This document shows, piece after piece, positions 1-7,682 of a stretch of DNA of 64,000 nucleotides. Positions within the stretch are counted from its first letter, which is position 1. Every line of letters begins with the position of its first letter. The notes below the pieces were generated by a model, which made no database searches, had not been told where the DNA came from, and saw only the letters and a list, made by a program, of their open reading frames with translations. This DNA is from a virus (lineage: Duplodnaviria > Caudoviricetes): the IMG/VR virus record IMGVR_UViG_3300044840_000109, positions 17,597-81,596 of that record; one strand, given 5' to 3'. The translations under genes were made by a program, and so were the position numbers.

Positions 1-4
1 TCTC

Positions 5-184
5 GTGAGTCCCCGACAGGACGCTTTCGATCGGCTCACGCGGAAGATCGAGGCCGACAGCTACGCCGCCTTCTGCGAGGAAGTGGCGAGGATCATCGCG
101 GCCAACGACGAGTTCGGCACGATGGACCTCCTGGAGGAACTGCAGCGCCGGCGCGACGCCGCGCGGGAGCTGGCGAACGCCTGA
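5..184 (+). CDS. hypothetical protein (59 aa; may be 5'-truncated by window edge)
   Basis: Manual translation GTG..TGA: MSPRQDAFDRLTRKIEADSY...ELANA; followed by a hairpin. Confidence 0.55.
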   Translation: MSPRQDAFDRLTRKIEADSYAAFCEEVARIIAANDEFGTMDLLEELQRRRDAARELANA

Positions 185-197
185 TCCGCTCTACGCT

Positions 198-226
198 GGC
201 CCCCGTCCCTCGTGGCGGGGGCCTTT
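198..226 (+). terminator. putative intrinsic terminator
   Basis: GGCCCCCG/CGGGGGCC 8-bp stem followed by TTT just after the stop at 184. Confidence 0.5.
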
Positions 227-295
227 GCGCGTCTACACCCCTTCTGTCAGACGGTGGCCCTACGATCTGAGCCACCCCGAAAATTGGAGACCCGC

Positions 296-544
296 ATGGA
301 TCGGCTGTACGTCTATGACGCCTACGTGAAACGCATGAGCGATGGTGAGATCAAGACCAAGGAGTTCGCCTCGGCGTCGGCTGCGTTCGACTTCCTCTGG
401 CCGTCGCTCGAAAAAGTCTGGATCGGTCCCCCGGGGTCGGCCGGCGTGGAAGACGGTGCAGCGTGGCTCGCTCTCGCGGCCGGAGAAGCCATCATCACCG
501 GTGACGGCTACGAGTACCGGATTGAGAAGCGGGAGCCGCAGTGA
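296..544 (+). CDS. hypothetical protein (82 aa)
   Basis: ORF 212..544 trimmed to ATG 296 after GGAG SD; GTGA overlap with the next gene. Confidence 0.6.
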   Translation: MDRLYVYDAYVKRMSDGEIKTKEFASASAAFDFLWPSLEKVWIGPPGSAGVEDGAAWLALAAGEAIITGDGYEYRIEKREPQ

Positions 545-927
545 AGCGCTTTCTCATCCCCGCGGCGTTCGTCCTCGCGGCGCTGGCGGGGTGTAACTCG
601 ACCGGAGCGGGCGGTGGGGCGCCGGCCAACGTGCAGGATTGGGCGTACGGGACGTTGACGGTGACCGGGTGCGCGCAGGACAACGGCCTGTTGGTGATAC
701 CGGGGCCGGACGTAACGATCAAGAACACCAGCTCGAAGGTGGTCAACCTCGCGGTGAACCTGGGGATGGACCCGGGGACGCTCTGGGCGATGTCCGATGG
801 GAAGGGGTATCCGGATGTGACGCTGCAGCCGGGTGAATCGGAGGACTATACGATCGGCGACGGCAGCGGCTTCACTCCCCCCGATGACCCGTGTGCGCTG
901 CCGATCCAGATCCTCACCGACTCGTAA
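541..927 (+). CDS. lipoprotein
   Basis: MKRF + hydrophobic stretch + LAGC lipobox. Confidence 0.7.
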   Translation: MKRFLIPAAFVLAALAGCNSTGAGGGAPANVQDWAYGTLTVTGCAQDNGLLVIPGPDVTIKNTSSKVVNLAVNLGMDPGTLWAMSDGKGYPDVTLQPGESEDYTIGDGSGFTPPDDPCALPIQILTDS

Positions 928-973
928 CGGAGTGCCTGCGCTCCTTCGGGCGGCAGCGGCAAATAATGGGCGT

Positions 974-1213
974 ATGCCCGATATGTTGCTTTCTGTCGCT
1001 GCTGCCGACTACCCCCAGGCGTTGGCGCGCTGGACCGAAACGGTCGCGCGCGTCTTCCCGACGGAGTACGAGATTCTCGACCTGACCGCCCTCGCCGACC
1101 TGAGCGTGGCCTTCAGATGGCTGTGGAGCGCGAGGTTGGGTGGTACCGCGGATGAAGTGGACCACGCGATCGGCGTCTACTCCCGCGCGGCCATCCTGAG
1201 CTTGATCAACTAG
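974..1213 (+). CDS. hypothetical protein (about 79 aa)
   Basis: ORF 833..1213; plausible start ATG 974 after an AT-rich patch; converges on the STAS gene. Confidence 0.45.
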   Translation: MPDMLLSVAAADYPQALARWTETVARVFPTEYEILDLTALADLSVAFRWLWSARLGGTADEVDHAIGVYSRAAILSLIN

Positions 1214-1584
1214 CGGCGGACGGGGAGCGCCTTCAGCATCATTTCCTTGCCGCTGAGGGCATCCTCGACGCTCGCGTAGAGCCGGAAGACCTTGTCCAGC
1301 CCGGTGACCTGAAAAATCTTGTAGATGCGCTCGGTTGGGATGACGAGCACCACGGAGCCTTCCAGCGTCCGCAGGCGCTTGAGTATGGCGACCATCGCCC
1401 CGAGCCCCGTGGCGTCCAGAAATTCGAGCTCGCTGAAGTCGAGCACCAGGTCACGGGCGCCGTCATCGATGATGGCGGAGATACTGCTGCGCCATATGGG
1501 CGCCACGTACAGGTCGATTTCGCCCTCGGTGGCGATGAGTGTGCGCCCGGCGGGCAGGGGCTTCGAGGTTATTTGTGCGTCCAT
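1210..1584 (-). CDS. STAS-domain anti-sigma-factor antagonist (BldG/RsbV/SpoIIAA-like) with Ser-to-Ala at the phospho-site
   Basis: GEIDLYVAP...LVLDFSELEFLDATGLG...IFQVTGLDKVF matches the family pattern; the usual DSTGLG reads DATGLG. Confidence 0.9.
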   Translation of the reverse strand: MDAQITSKPLPAGRTLIATEGEIDLYVAPIWRSSISAIIDDGARDLVLDFSELEFLDATGLGAMVAILKRLRTLEGSVVLVIPTERIYKIFQVTGLDKVFRLYASVEDALSGKEMMLKALPVRR

Positions 1585-1723
1585 ATGCGCAGCTTGCCAG
1601 AAGTGACCACGCGAACACGCACGGTGTCGAAGATCATTTTGTGGGGCGGCGTTTTGTTACCCCTTCGAGTCTTCCGTTGGTCACTCAGGGCCTACGGTGG
1701 GTCCACGCAAAGAGAGGGATGTG

Positions 1724-2146
1724 ATGGGGCAAGAGAGAGATCCGGCGGTGGAGATCGCTACCGCTGTGCGCCTGGTGGGGGAGGTCACGCTGTTGGCCAA
1801 GGCGTTCGATGCCGACGTGCGTGGCACGGTGCGCGCGCTGGACGTCCTGCCGGCGAAGGAGCTGCTGCGGCTCACCGAGAAGTACGCGGAGATGCAGCAG
1901 TTGGAGCATCGCGCGCTGGAGGCCGCCAACAGCGTGGTGAAGGATTTCGGGCACCGGGCTGCCGCAGGTGGGCTGCTGGGGAAGTACGCGGTCTTGGAGG
2001 AGGCGTGCCTGCGGGCGCATCGGGCCTGGGGGCCGTATATGGCTCGGGCGGTCATAACTTCCGCCGGGGAGCACCCGCAGGCGTTCTCGGCGTTGGTACT
2101 GGAAACGCGGAGCCCTGTCCCCGTGCAGGGGCCGGCGGCGGAGTAA
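1724..2146 (+). CDS. hypothetical helical protein
   Basis: ORF 1697..2146; ATG 1724 after AGAGGG SD; divergent from the STAS gene. Confidence 0.6.
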   Translation: MGQERDPAVEIATAVRLVGEVTLLAKAFDADVRGTVRALDVLPAKELLRLTEKYAEMQQLEHRALEAANSVVKDFGHRAAAGGLLGKYAVLEEACLRAHRAWGPYMARAVITSAGEHPQAFSALVLETRSPVPVQGPAAE

Positions 2147-2151
2147 CTCGG

Positions 2152-3633
2152 TCATTCCACGATTTCGGCGTCGAGGATCCCCATCTGATCCAGCGCCTCT
2201 TGGGCTGACACTGCTCCGGCGGGTGAGAGGGCCGGTACCCCCCCGGCCTTTTCTCCGAACAGTCGTGACATGAGTCCGATCTGCCCGTCGCCCTTCTGCT
2301 GCACCTTCATGCTGAAGGTGAATCCGGCCTCTTCGATGTCGGACTTGATCTTGATGTAGCGCGTGAGGCGGTCCATTTCCTTGGAGAGGTTCTGGTCGGC
2401 GTAGCCGCCATCGGCCTCTTCCGCCAGGCGCATGAAGAACACCCGGGCGCCCTGCATGGCGATGAGCGAGTCGAGCAGCGAGAGGTACTGCTCCTTGGTC
2501 TTGACCCGGATGGGGATTTCGTAGGCGCAGTTGGCCCCGGGCTGGAAGTCGGGGCATTTGTTGGCCAAAAAACATCCGGTGCACTGGCGGATGTTGAGGT
2601 CCACCACGTTGATGCGGTGCTCTGTGCGGGATTTCCTCTCCCCGGAGTCCGGGTCCGTGTAGCGGTGGGTGAATGCCTCGGACTCGATTCCGGGGAGCAG
2701 TTTTGTCACCCGTTTGGCGGGGGGTTCAGTTACTACCTCGGCACTGTCCTGCGGGAGCGTCGCCGTAGGTACCCCCAGGGCGGTTTCCTCGGTTTCGCTG
2801 TGAGCCGAATCTGGCGTGGGAGTTACTGCGTCGCCGTGGCGCCGAGAGATGTAGTCGACCTGGTGCTGCCAGGACCACAGCGAGAGTTTGAGGACCTCGG
2901 TGGGGTTGTCCGCTTCGATGAGGTCGGCGTCGAGGCCGATGTCGGTGAATAGGACGCGGTGCCTCTTCCGCGACTGTTCCTTGTAGCGGGCGGGGTAGCG
3001 GCGCAGTTCCTTGCCCGTCCACACGAACGTCTCGCCGAAGGACATGCTGCTCAGCCAGGTGGTAGAGCTGACGGAGTCCCAGTCGGCGGCGAGCATGAGT
3101 GGGGGGCTGGAGAAGCCGAAACCGTGCAGTCGATTGCTTCGAGCAAGCGAACGTAGTACTGGCACGATGTCCCGGTCACCGCAGGTTCCCTGACCCACCG
3201 CAATACGGTTGTAGCGGTCCGCGAGACGTCGAAGCTCCTCCACTCCCCATTCCTCGTGCCAGACGACGATGGCTTTGTCGGGGTCGAGTCGTTCGCGTCG
3301 ATTTTCGATCCACTCCTTGCCCATGGCGAGGGCGTCGAACTCGATATAGGCGTCGGCGCGCTGGAGGTTCTGTGCCACGAAATTGTCGTAGCTGGTGGCG
3401 ATGTTGGCGATTTCCTCGGGAGTGACGGTGACGCCCTCGCGGTTGAGGGTGTGGCATCCGGAGTCGATGAGGACGCCCTGTTCTTCGCCGAATTTCTCGG
3501 TGAGGAGCCAGGGTTTGGTGAACTTGTTGCGGCGGCGCAGTCCCATGAAGGACAGGGAGACGTGCGGGATTTCCTGCTCGGCAAGCAGCTTCCTGTGCCC
3601 GTGGACCTCCGCGCCGCCGTAGTAGAAGCGCAT
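2152..3633 (-). CDS. TGT/DpdA-like fold protein with C-terminal Cys cluster
   Basis: LIDSG, IVVWH, LHGFG and SVSSTTW motifs resemble phage queuine-tRNA-ribosyltransferase-like proteins; C-terminal CxxCx5Cx7C followed by a helical domain. Confidence 0.5.
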   Translation of the reverse strand: MRFYYGGAEVHGHRKLLAEQEIPHVSLSFMGLRRRNKFTKPWLLTEKFGEEQGVLIDSGCHTLNREGVTVTPEEIANIATSYDNFVAQNLQRADAYIEFDALAMGKEWIENRRERLDPDKAIVVWHEEWGVEELRRLADRYNRIAVGQGTCGDRDIVPVLRSLARSNRLHGFGFSSPPLMLAADWDSVSSTTWLSSMSFGETFVWTGKELRRYPARYKEQSRKRHRVLFTDIGLDADLIEADNPTEVLKLSLWSWQHQVDYISRRHGDAVTPTPDSAHSETEETALGVPTATLPQDSAEVVTEPPAKRVTKLLPGIESEAFTHRYTDPDSGERKSRTEHRINVVDLNIRQCTGCFLANKCPDFQPGANCAYEIPIRVKTKEQYLSLLDSLIAMQGARVFFMRLAEEADGGYADQNLSKEMDRLTRYIKIKSDIEEAGFTFSMKVQQKGDGQIGLMSRLFGEKAGGVPALSPAGAVSAQEALDQMGILDAEIVE

Positions 3634-4067
3634 TACTTGCCCTGGTGATCACGGAAGTCGAACCGGGTTAGTCCGTCGTGGTCGTGGATGGCGAGGGCGT
3701 CGTCCAGGGACTTCCAGTAGACGGTGCTGGCGTGTTCGCCCAGCCAGTGGACGGATACGGTGTCGTCGATCCACTGGACGCCGTCCGCGACGTGGTTGAC
3801 GACGTCGCTGTCCTTGGCGCGGCGGGTGATGCGGAAGGTGTGGGTGTAGGCGTCGGTGTCGTCCGCGAAGTGCACCTTCGTGGCGCCCTGGTGGCCGTGG
3901 ATGGTCTCGACGTCCTCGATGCTGTTGTAGAAGCTGCTGGACGCGGTGTAGGTGAGCCAGCGCATGGAGACGGTGCCGTCGTCCCAGATGACGCCAGCCG
4001 CGACGGTGCCGGTGCCGGAGATGCCGGTGACGTCGGTGTCGCGGATGAGGTGGAAGGGGCGGGTCAT
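3633..4067 (-). CDS. hypothetical protein with an internally duplicated domain (144 aa)
   Basis: Start trimmed to MTRPFHL; GVIWDDGTVSMRW..SIEDVETIHGH repeats as GVQWIDDTVSVHW..SLDDALAIHDH. Confidence 0.7.
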   Translation of the reverse strand: MTRPFHLIRDTDVTGISGTGTVAAGVIWDDGTVSMRWLTYTASSSFYNSIEDVETIHGHQGATKVHFADDTDAYTHTFRITRRAKDSDVVNHVADGVQWIDDTVSVHWLGEHASTVYWKSLDDALAIHDHDGLTRFDFRDHQGK

Positions 4068-4075
4068 GGGGGCTC

Positions 4076-4555
4076 CTAGTAGAGGTCGGTGAAGTCGGTC
4101 CGGGAATCGGCGGCGCGCAGGGCGCGCTGGTGGTCGATGGCGTCGGTCAGCTCGTCCCAGGGGCGCGGGGTGCCGATGTAGTCGGGGCGCCATTCGGGGA
4201 GGCTGTAGGCCGCGTGGGTGTGCAGGAGCGTGTGCCAGCCGGCGGCGAGTTCTGCGGCGGCGCAGGCGGGGTCCGGTTCGATGACCAGGGAGATGCGCCA
4301 GGTGCGGACCTGCTGCAGGGCGTCGATGCGTGCGGCCGGCGTTCCGCCGAGGGGGGTGTAGAGGTACCCGAGGTGACCGGTGAGGTTGCGCTGGCGCAGC
4401 CAGGTCGCGGACTCTTCCTCGGTCCAGATGGCGGACATGAGGTAGAGGCGGGAGTTCCTCGCGAGGGCCTGGTAGAGGGCCCATCCGGTTTCGAACTGAC
4501 CTTCGGTGCCGGGGGCGCGGAGGACGCCTTCGATCACCATGACGATTGTGAGCAC
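4076..4555 (-). CDS. degenerate HAD-fold-like protein
   Basis: N-terminal IVMVIEGVL resembles HAD motif I without the Asp residues. Confidence 0.45.
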   Translation of the reverse strand: MLTIVMVIEGVLRAPGTEGQFETGWALYQALARNSRLYLMSAIWTEEESATWLRQRNLTGHLGYLYTPLGGTPAARIDALQQVRTWRISLVIEPDPACAAAELAAGWHTLLHTHAAYSLPEWRPDYIGTPRPWDELTDAIDHQRALRAADSRTDFTDLY

Positions 4556-4588
4556 GAATAGTCTCCAAGCACCGCGAACAGTGCCAAG

Positions 4589-4608
4589 AGGCTACGAATC
4601 ACCCTTTT
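4589..4608 (-). promoter_or_regulatory. putative promoter AAAA-N10-TAGCCT
   Basis: TAnnnT -10 with an A-tract 10 nt upstream; same spacing at other operon starts. Confidence 0.4.
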
Positions 4609-4629
4609 CTGGGAGGTAATGACTCCGAC

Positions 4630-4659
4630 TTGAACGCGCCGTGATCACTCCGCTACTGT
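4630..4659 (+). promoter_or_regulatory. sigma70/HrdB-type promoter TTGAAC-N18-TACTGT
   Basis: Near-consensus -35/-10 with 18-nt spacer; no ORF downstream before a terminator. Confidence 0.55.
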
Positions 4660-4665
4660 CTGGGA

Positions 4666-4780
4666 CGCGGGTCGGAAGACGGACTCGGGCGGAGGCCACG
4701 TTTCCCCAACTGGCGGTTCATCCTTCCCGAGTCACCGCACGTGAGACCCCCTGAGGGATGCCAGTCAGGGGGTCTCCAAA
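4666..4780 (+). ncRNA. candidate structured small RNA
   Basis: Promoter upstream; nested stems GCGG/CCGC, GACTCGGG/CCCGAGTC, GCCA/TGGC; GGAA tetraloop; C-rich loop; 12-bp terminal hairpin. Confidence 0.4.
4743..4776. terminator. hairpin terminator
   Basis: GAGACCCCCTGA/TCAGGGGGTCTC perfect 12-bp stem; a second hairpin (GAAGGCCC/GGGCCTTC) follows at about 4782-4816. Confidence 0.65.
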
Positions 4781-4823
4781 ACGAAGGCCCTCGGCGAGCA
4801 GGACGTCGGGGGCCTTCGTGTTG

Positions 4824-5093
4824 CTACGGGACGAGGAGCTTGCGCTTGAGCTGCTCGTCGGCTGCGGCGCGCTGCATGCCCTGTGCCATCTGCAGCTGGT
4901 GCTGCACGGTGAGGGACGCGGTGATGTTGGCGCCGATTTCGAAGGCGACGTGCTCGGCGCCGCCGCGCATCTCCGCGAGGGAGGCGGTGTGCTCGGCGTC
5001 GAAATCGGCGTCGGTGTCGGTGAGTGCCTCCCACTTCCCGTCCTGGTGCTGGACGATCAGAAAAGCGGTGCGGTACTGCTGGTAGTCACTCAC
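4824..5093 (-). CDS. hypothetical protein
   Basis: 89-aa ORF, 4-nt overlap with the upstream gene. Confidence 0.65.
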   Translation of the reverse strand: MSDYQQYRTAFLIVQHQDGKWEALTDTDADFDAEHTASLAEMRGGAEHVAFEIGANITASLTVQHQLQMAQGMQRAAADEQLKRKLLVP

Positions 5094-5314
5094 TTGACCT
5101 TCCCGATGTCGTTGAGTTCCGAAGCGATCAGGCGCGCGGAGGCGCAGTCGTTGATGGCCTGTTCGACCTTCCGGATCAGTTCGTCGGGGCTTCCGTCGGT
5201 GTCCAGGAGGTAGGCGAACGCGTCTTCCAGGGTGTTGGTGACGGGGGCCAAGAACCAGCGCGCGGAGCGCACCGGGAAGGCGCCCTGGTCGATGTGGTAG
5301 GTCTGGGTGCTCAC
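5090..5314 (-). CDS. hypothetical protein
   Basis: 74-aa ORF, coupled overlaps on both sides. Confidence 0.6.
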   Translation of the reverse strand: MSTQTYHIDQGAFPVRSARWFLAPVTNTLEDAFAYLLDTDGSPDELIRKVEQAINDCASARLIASELNDIGKVK

Positions 5315-5532
5315 TTTTCCGTGTCCTTCTTGGCGAAGAACTCCTGCAGCTTGGTGAGGGCCTCGCGCGCCTCCTTGATGGCGTCGGCGCTGCCGACGGT
5401 GAGGGCGTGCTGGACGCGGCCGAGCAGACCGTGCGCCTGGACCTGCTCCGCGGCGTCGGGGGTGATGTGCGTGGGGGTCTCAGCAGGGGCGTCCTGGGCG
5501 GTGGTGGTCTCGGGCGTGGTGTTGTCGGTCAT
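5311..5532 (-). CDS. hypothetical protein (73 aa)
   Basis: Start trimmed to MTDNTTPET; ATGA overlap. Confidence 0.6.
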   Translation of the reverse strand: MTDNTTPETTTAQDAPAETPTHITPDAAEQVQAHGLLGRVQHALTVGSADAIKEAREALTKLQEFFAKKDTEK

Positions 5533-6032
5533 GCTGTCTCCTCGTATTCCTTCTCGAACTCGGCTTCGGCGCGTGCCTGGGCGCGGCGCTCTTTGTCGCG
5601 GGTGCGTATGCAGGCGATGCATTCGCGCGAGTTATGGTGCCACCGGGTGTTTTCCTCGGTGTATTCGTGCCCGTGGGGGCAGTGTGTCTTGCGCGCGTTT
5701 TTCGCGGCGAATGATTCGCCTCGCATCAGGTTCTCCGAGTGGGGGACAGCTTCCAGGTGTTCGGGGCGGCAGCAGTTGTGGATGCGGCAGAGGTGGTCGA
5801 TGTGCCACCCCTCTGGTGCCTTCGTCTCACTGGCCATTTCCCAGGAGATAATGTGGGTGCCCTTGACCGACCCGTCGGGGAGCCTGAATTTCCCGTACCC
5901 GTCCTCGTCCAGGGCGCCGCGCCAGAGCCAGCAGTCATCGAAGTCCTCGCCCTTGTCGACCTTGTCGAAGAATCGGCGCTGCCAGTCCCACGTTTCCAGG
6001 CGCCGCGGGGCCCTGGGCTTGGGGGTGTCCAT
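5529..6032 (-). CDS. HNH endonuclease
   Basis: CWLW..GYG..H....HIDHLC....CCRPEHL...H.EN plus a CPHGH tail. Confidence 0.85.
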   Translation of the reverse strand: MDTPKPRAPRRLETWDWQRRFFDKVDKGEDFDDCWLWRGALDEDGYGKFRLPDGSVKGTHIISWEMASETKAPEGWHIDHLCRIHNCCRPEHLEAVPHSENLMRGESFAAKNARKTHCPHGHEYTEENTRWHHNSRECIACIRTRDKERRAQARAEAEFEKEYEETA

Positions 6033-6538
6033 CAGTCGTAGAGGCCCTGCTTGGCGCGCATCTCCTGCTCGGCGACGCTGCGCATGGGGCAGTAGTCACA
6101 CAGGAATCGTTGGGCGGCGGGGTTGGACTTGTCGTATTTCTTCATCCCCGCTTCCCTGCGCTCGGACTGGGTGGGGGGCGTGAGGATCTTCTTGTCCGAG
6201 TGGAAGTCGGCGCAGCGCTCGGGGCGTCCCCGTCCGCGCCAGCACTTCATGGCGTCGGCGCGCAGGGTGTCGACCGCCTGGTAGACCCAGGGTTCGAGCC
6301 CGGTGTGGCCCATGTCCTGCCACATTTTCTGCAGGATCTTTTCCTTGGCCTCGGGGTGGGACCACACGCCCTCGTCCACGATGAACAGTTTTCCCTTGAG
6401 GTGGCGCGACCTGTCGGGGTACTCGTGCTTCTGCAGGGCGTATTCGAGTTCCACGTCGTCGTCGGGGCGGCCCTGGAAATCGGGGAGGGTCTCCGTGCTC
6501 TGGCAGTCCTTGCAGATGAGGATGCGGATGTTAGGCAT
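6032..6538 (-). CDS. Zn-binding hypothetical protein
   Basis: CKDC at the N-terminus, LCDYCP at the C-terminus. Confidence 0.65.
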   Translation of the reverse strand: MPNIRILICKDCQSTETLPDFQGRPDDDVELEYALQKHEYPDRSRHLKGKLFIVDEGVWSHPEAKEKILQKMWQDMGHTGLEPWVYQAVDTLRADAMKCWRGRGRPERCADFHSDKKILTPPTQSERREAGMKKYDKSNPAAQRFLCDYCPMRSVAEQEMRAKQGLYD

Positions 6539-6553
6539 CGTGTTCTGTGTCTC

Positions 6554-7165
6554 CTAATACCATTGGTGGGTCTGCCAGAATTCCCAGGCGCCGCAGGGTG
6601 ATCCATACCGAGCATCCATGTAGGAAATTCCCCATGCGACTTGCGTTGCGCCATTCGTGCGCCAGTCCGCGCCGGCGGAGGACATCTTGGAGCCCGGCAA
6701 TGCCTGGGGAATTCCGTAGGCGCCGGACGGATTCTCCGCGGAGGTGGACCATCCGGATTCGCGGGTGAATATCGCGTCGATGCAGGCGTATTGCGTGGGT
6801 CCGAGGCGCTCCAGGGCGTAGGCGCGGGCGCTACTGCCTCCGATGTAGGTGGAGGCGGCGTGGTAGGTGTGGTGGTGGGCGGGCGCCCTGGTGGGTGCGG
6901 CGCGGGGCATGGCGCGGGTGGTGGGGCGCCTGGTGGGTGCCGGGGCCGGTGCAGGGTGGGTCACTGCGGGCTTCGGCGCGGCGGCGTGGGGCACCAGGTG
7001 CAGCTCGACGGCGGGCGCTGGGTGGGCGAGGGCCGGAGCTGGTGGGGCGGCGTAGGCGATGGGCGCACTGCCCGGCTGCGGGAGGAGCAGGACCCCCCCT
7101 AGGAGGGTGGCGGCGCCGAGTGCGTAGAGGATGGCGTTGGTTTTGTGGGCGGTGCGCGAAGGCAT
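6554..7165 (-). CDS. secreted/anchored lytic transglycosylase (SLT-like)
   Basis: N-terminal TM segment, Pro/Ala linker, IFTRESGW...GAYGIPQALPG...YMDARYGSPCGAW. Confidence 0.85.
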   Translation of the reverse strand: MPSRTAHKTNAILYALGAATLLGGVLLLPQPGSAPIAYAAPPAPALAHPAPAVELHLVPHAAAPKPAVTHPAPAPAPTRRPTTRAMPRAAPTRAPAHHHTYHAASTYIGGSSARAYALERLGPTQYACIDAIFTRESGWSTSAENPSGAYGIPQALPGSKMSSAGADWRTNGATQVAWGISYMDARYGSPCGAWEFWQTHQWY

Positions 7166-7273
7166 GGCGGTCCGTTCAACGGGGACGGGACTGCCGGGCT
7201 CTCCCTCGGGTGTTCCTCAGGCGTCCACGACCCTGTTGCATGCCATTTACTGCGCGATAAAACCGTTGATCGT

Positions 7274-7666
7274 TTAGACCTGCTGGACGGGTGCCGGCGC
7301 GGGCGCTGGTGCGGGAGCCGGGGCGCCGGAGGCCAGGGTGGTGGGGCCCACGACGGCGATCACCTGCGTGCGGACGAACATGGCGACCAGGGCGGCGATG
7401 AGAGACATGATCAGAGCCTGCTGAGTGACGGACCACTGCAGTCCCAGGCCCACGGCCAGGGCGATGGTGGCCTGCGCGAAGCCCAGGATGGCCGCGCCGA
7501 TGCCGTCGTGGACGGAGAAGGCGACGACGACGCCCAGCACGGCGGCGGCGGCGGCGTTGATCAGAGACTGCTGGTCGATGCTGACGTGGATGACGAACGC
7601 GCAGACGACCTTGATGATGATGGCGATGAGTGCGTACCAGAGGGCTGGTTCCCTGCGGAGGATCAT
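7274..7666 (-). CDS. holin
   Basis: Four hydrophobic segments; immediately downstream of the endolysin. Confidence 0.7.
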   Translation of the reverse strand: MILRREPALWYALIAIIIKVVCAFVIHVSIDQQSLINAAAAAVLGVVVAFSVHDGIGAAILGFAQATIALAVGLGLQWSVTQQALIMSLIAALVAMFVRTQVIAVVGPTTLASGAPAPAPAPAPAPVQQV

Positions 7667-7682
7667 GAGTTCGGTTCCGTTT

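Noticed and set aside
7166-7262. c-di-AMP (ydaO) riboswitch before the transglycosylase
   Set aside because: The region is too short and lacks the conserved ydaO sequence blocks.
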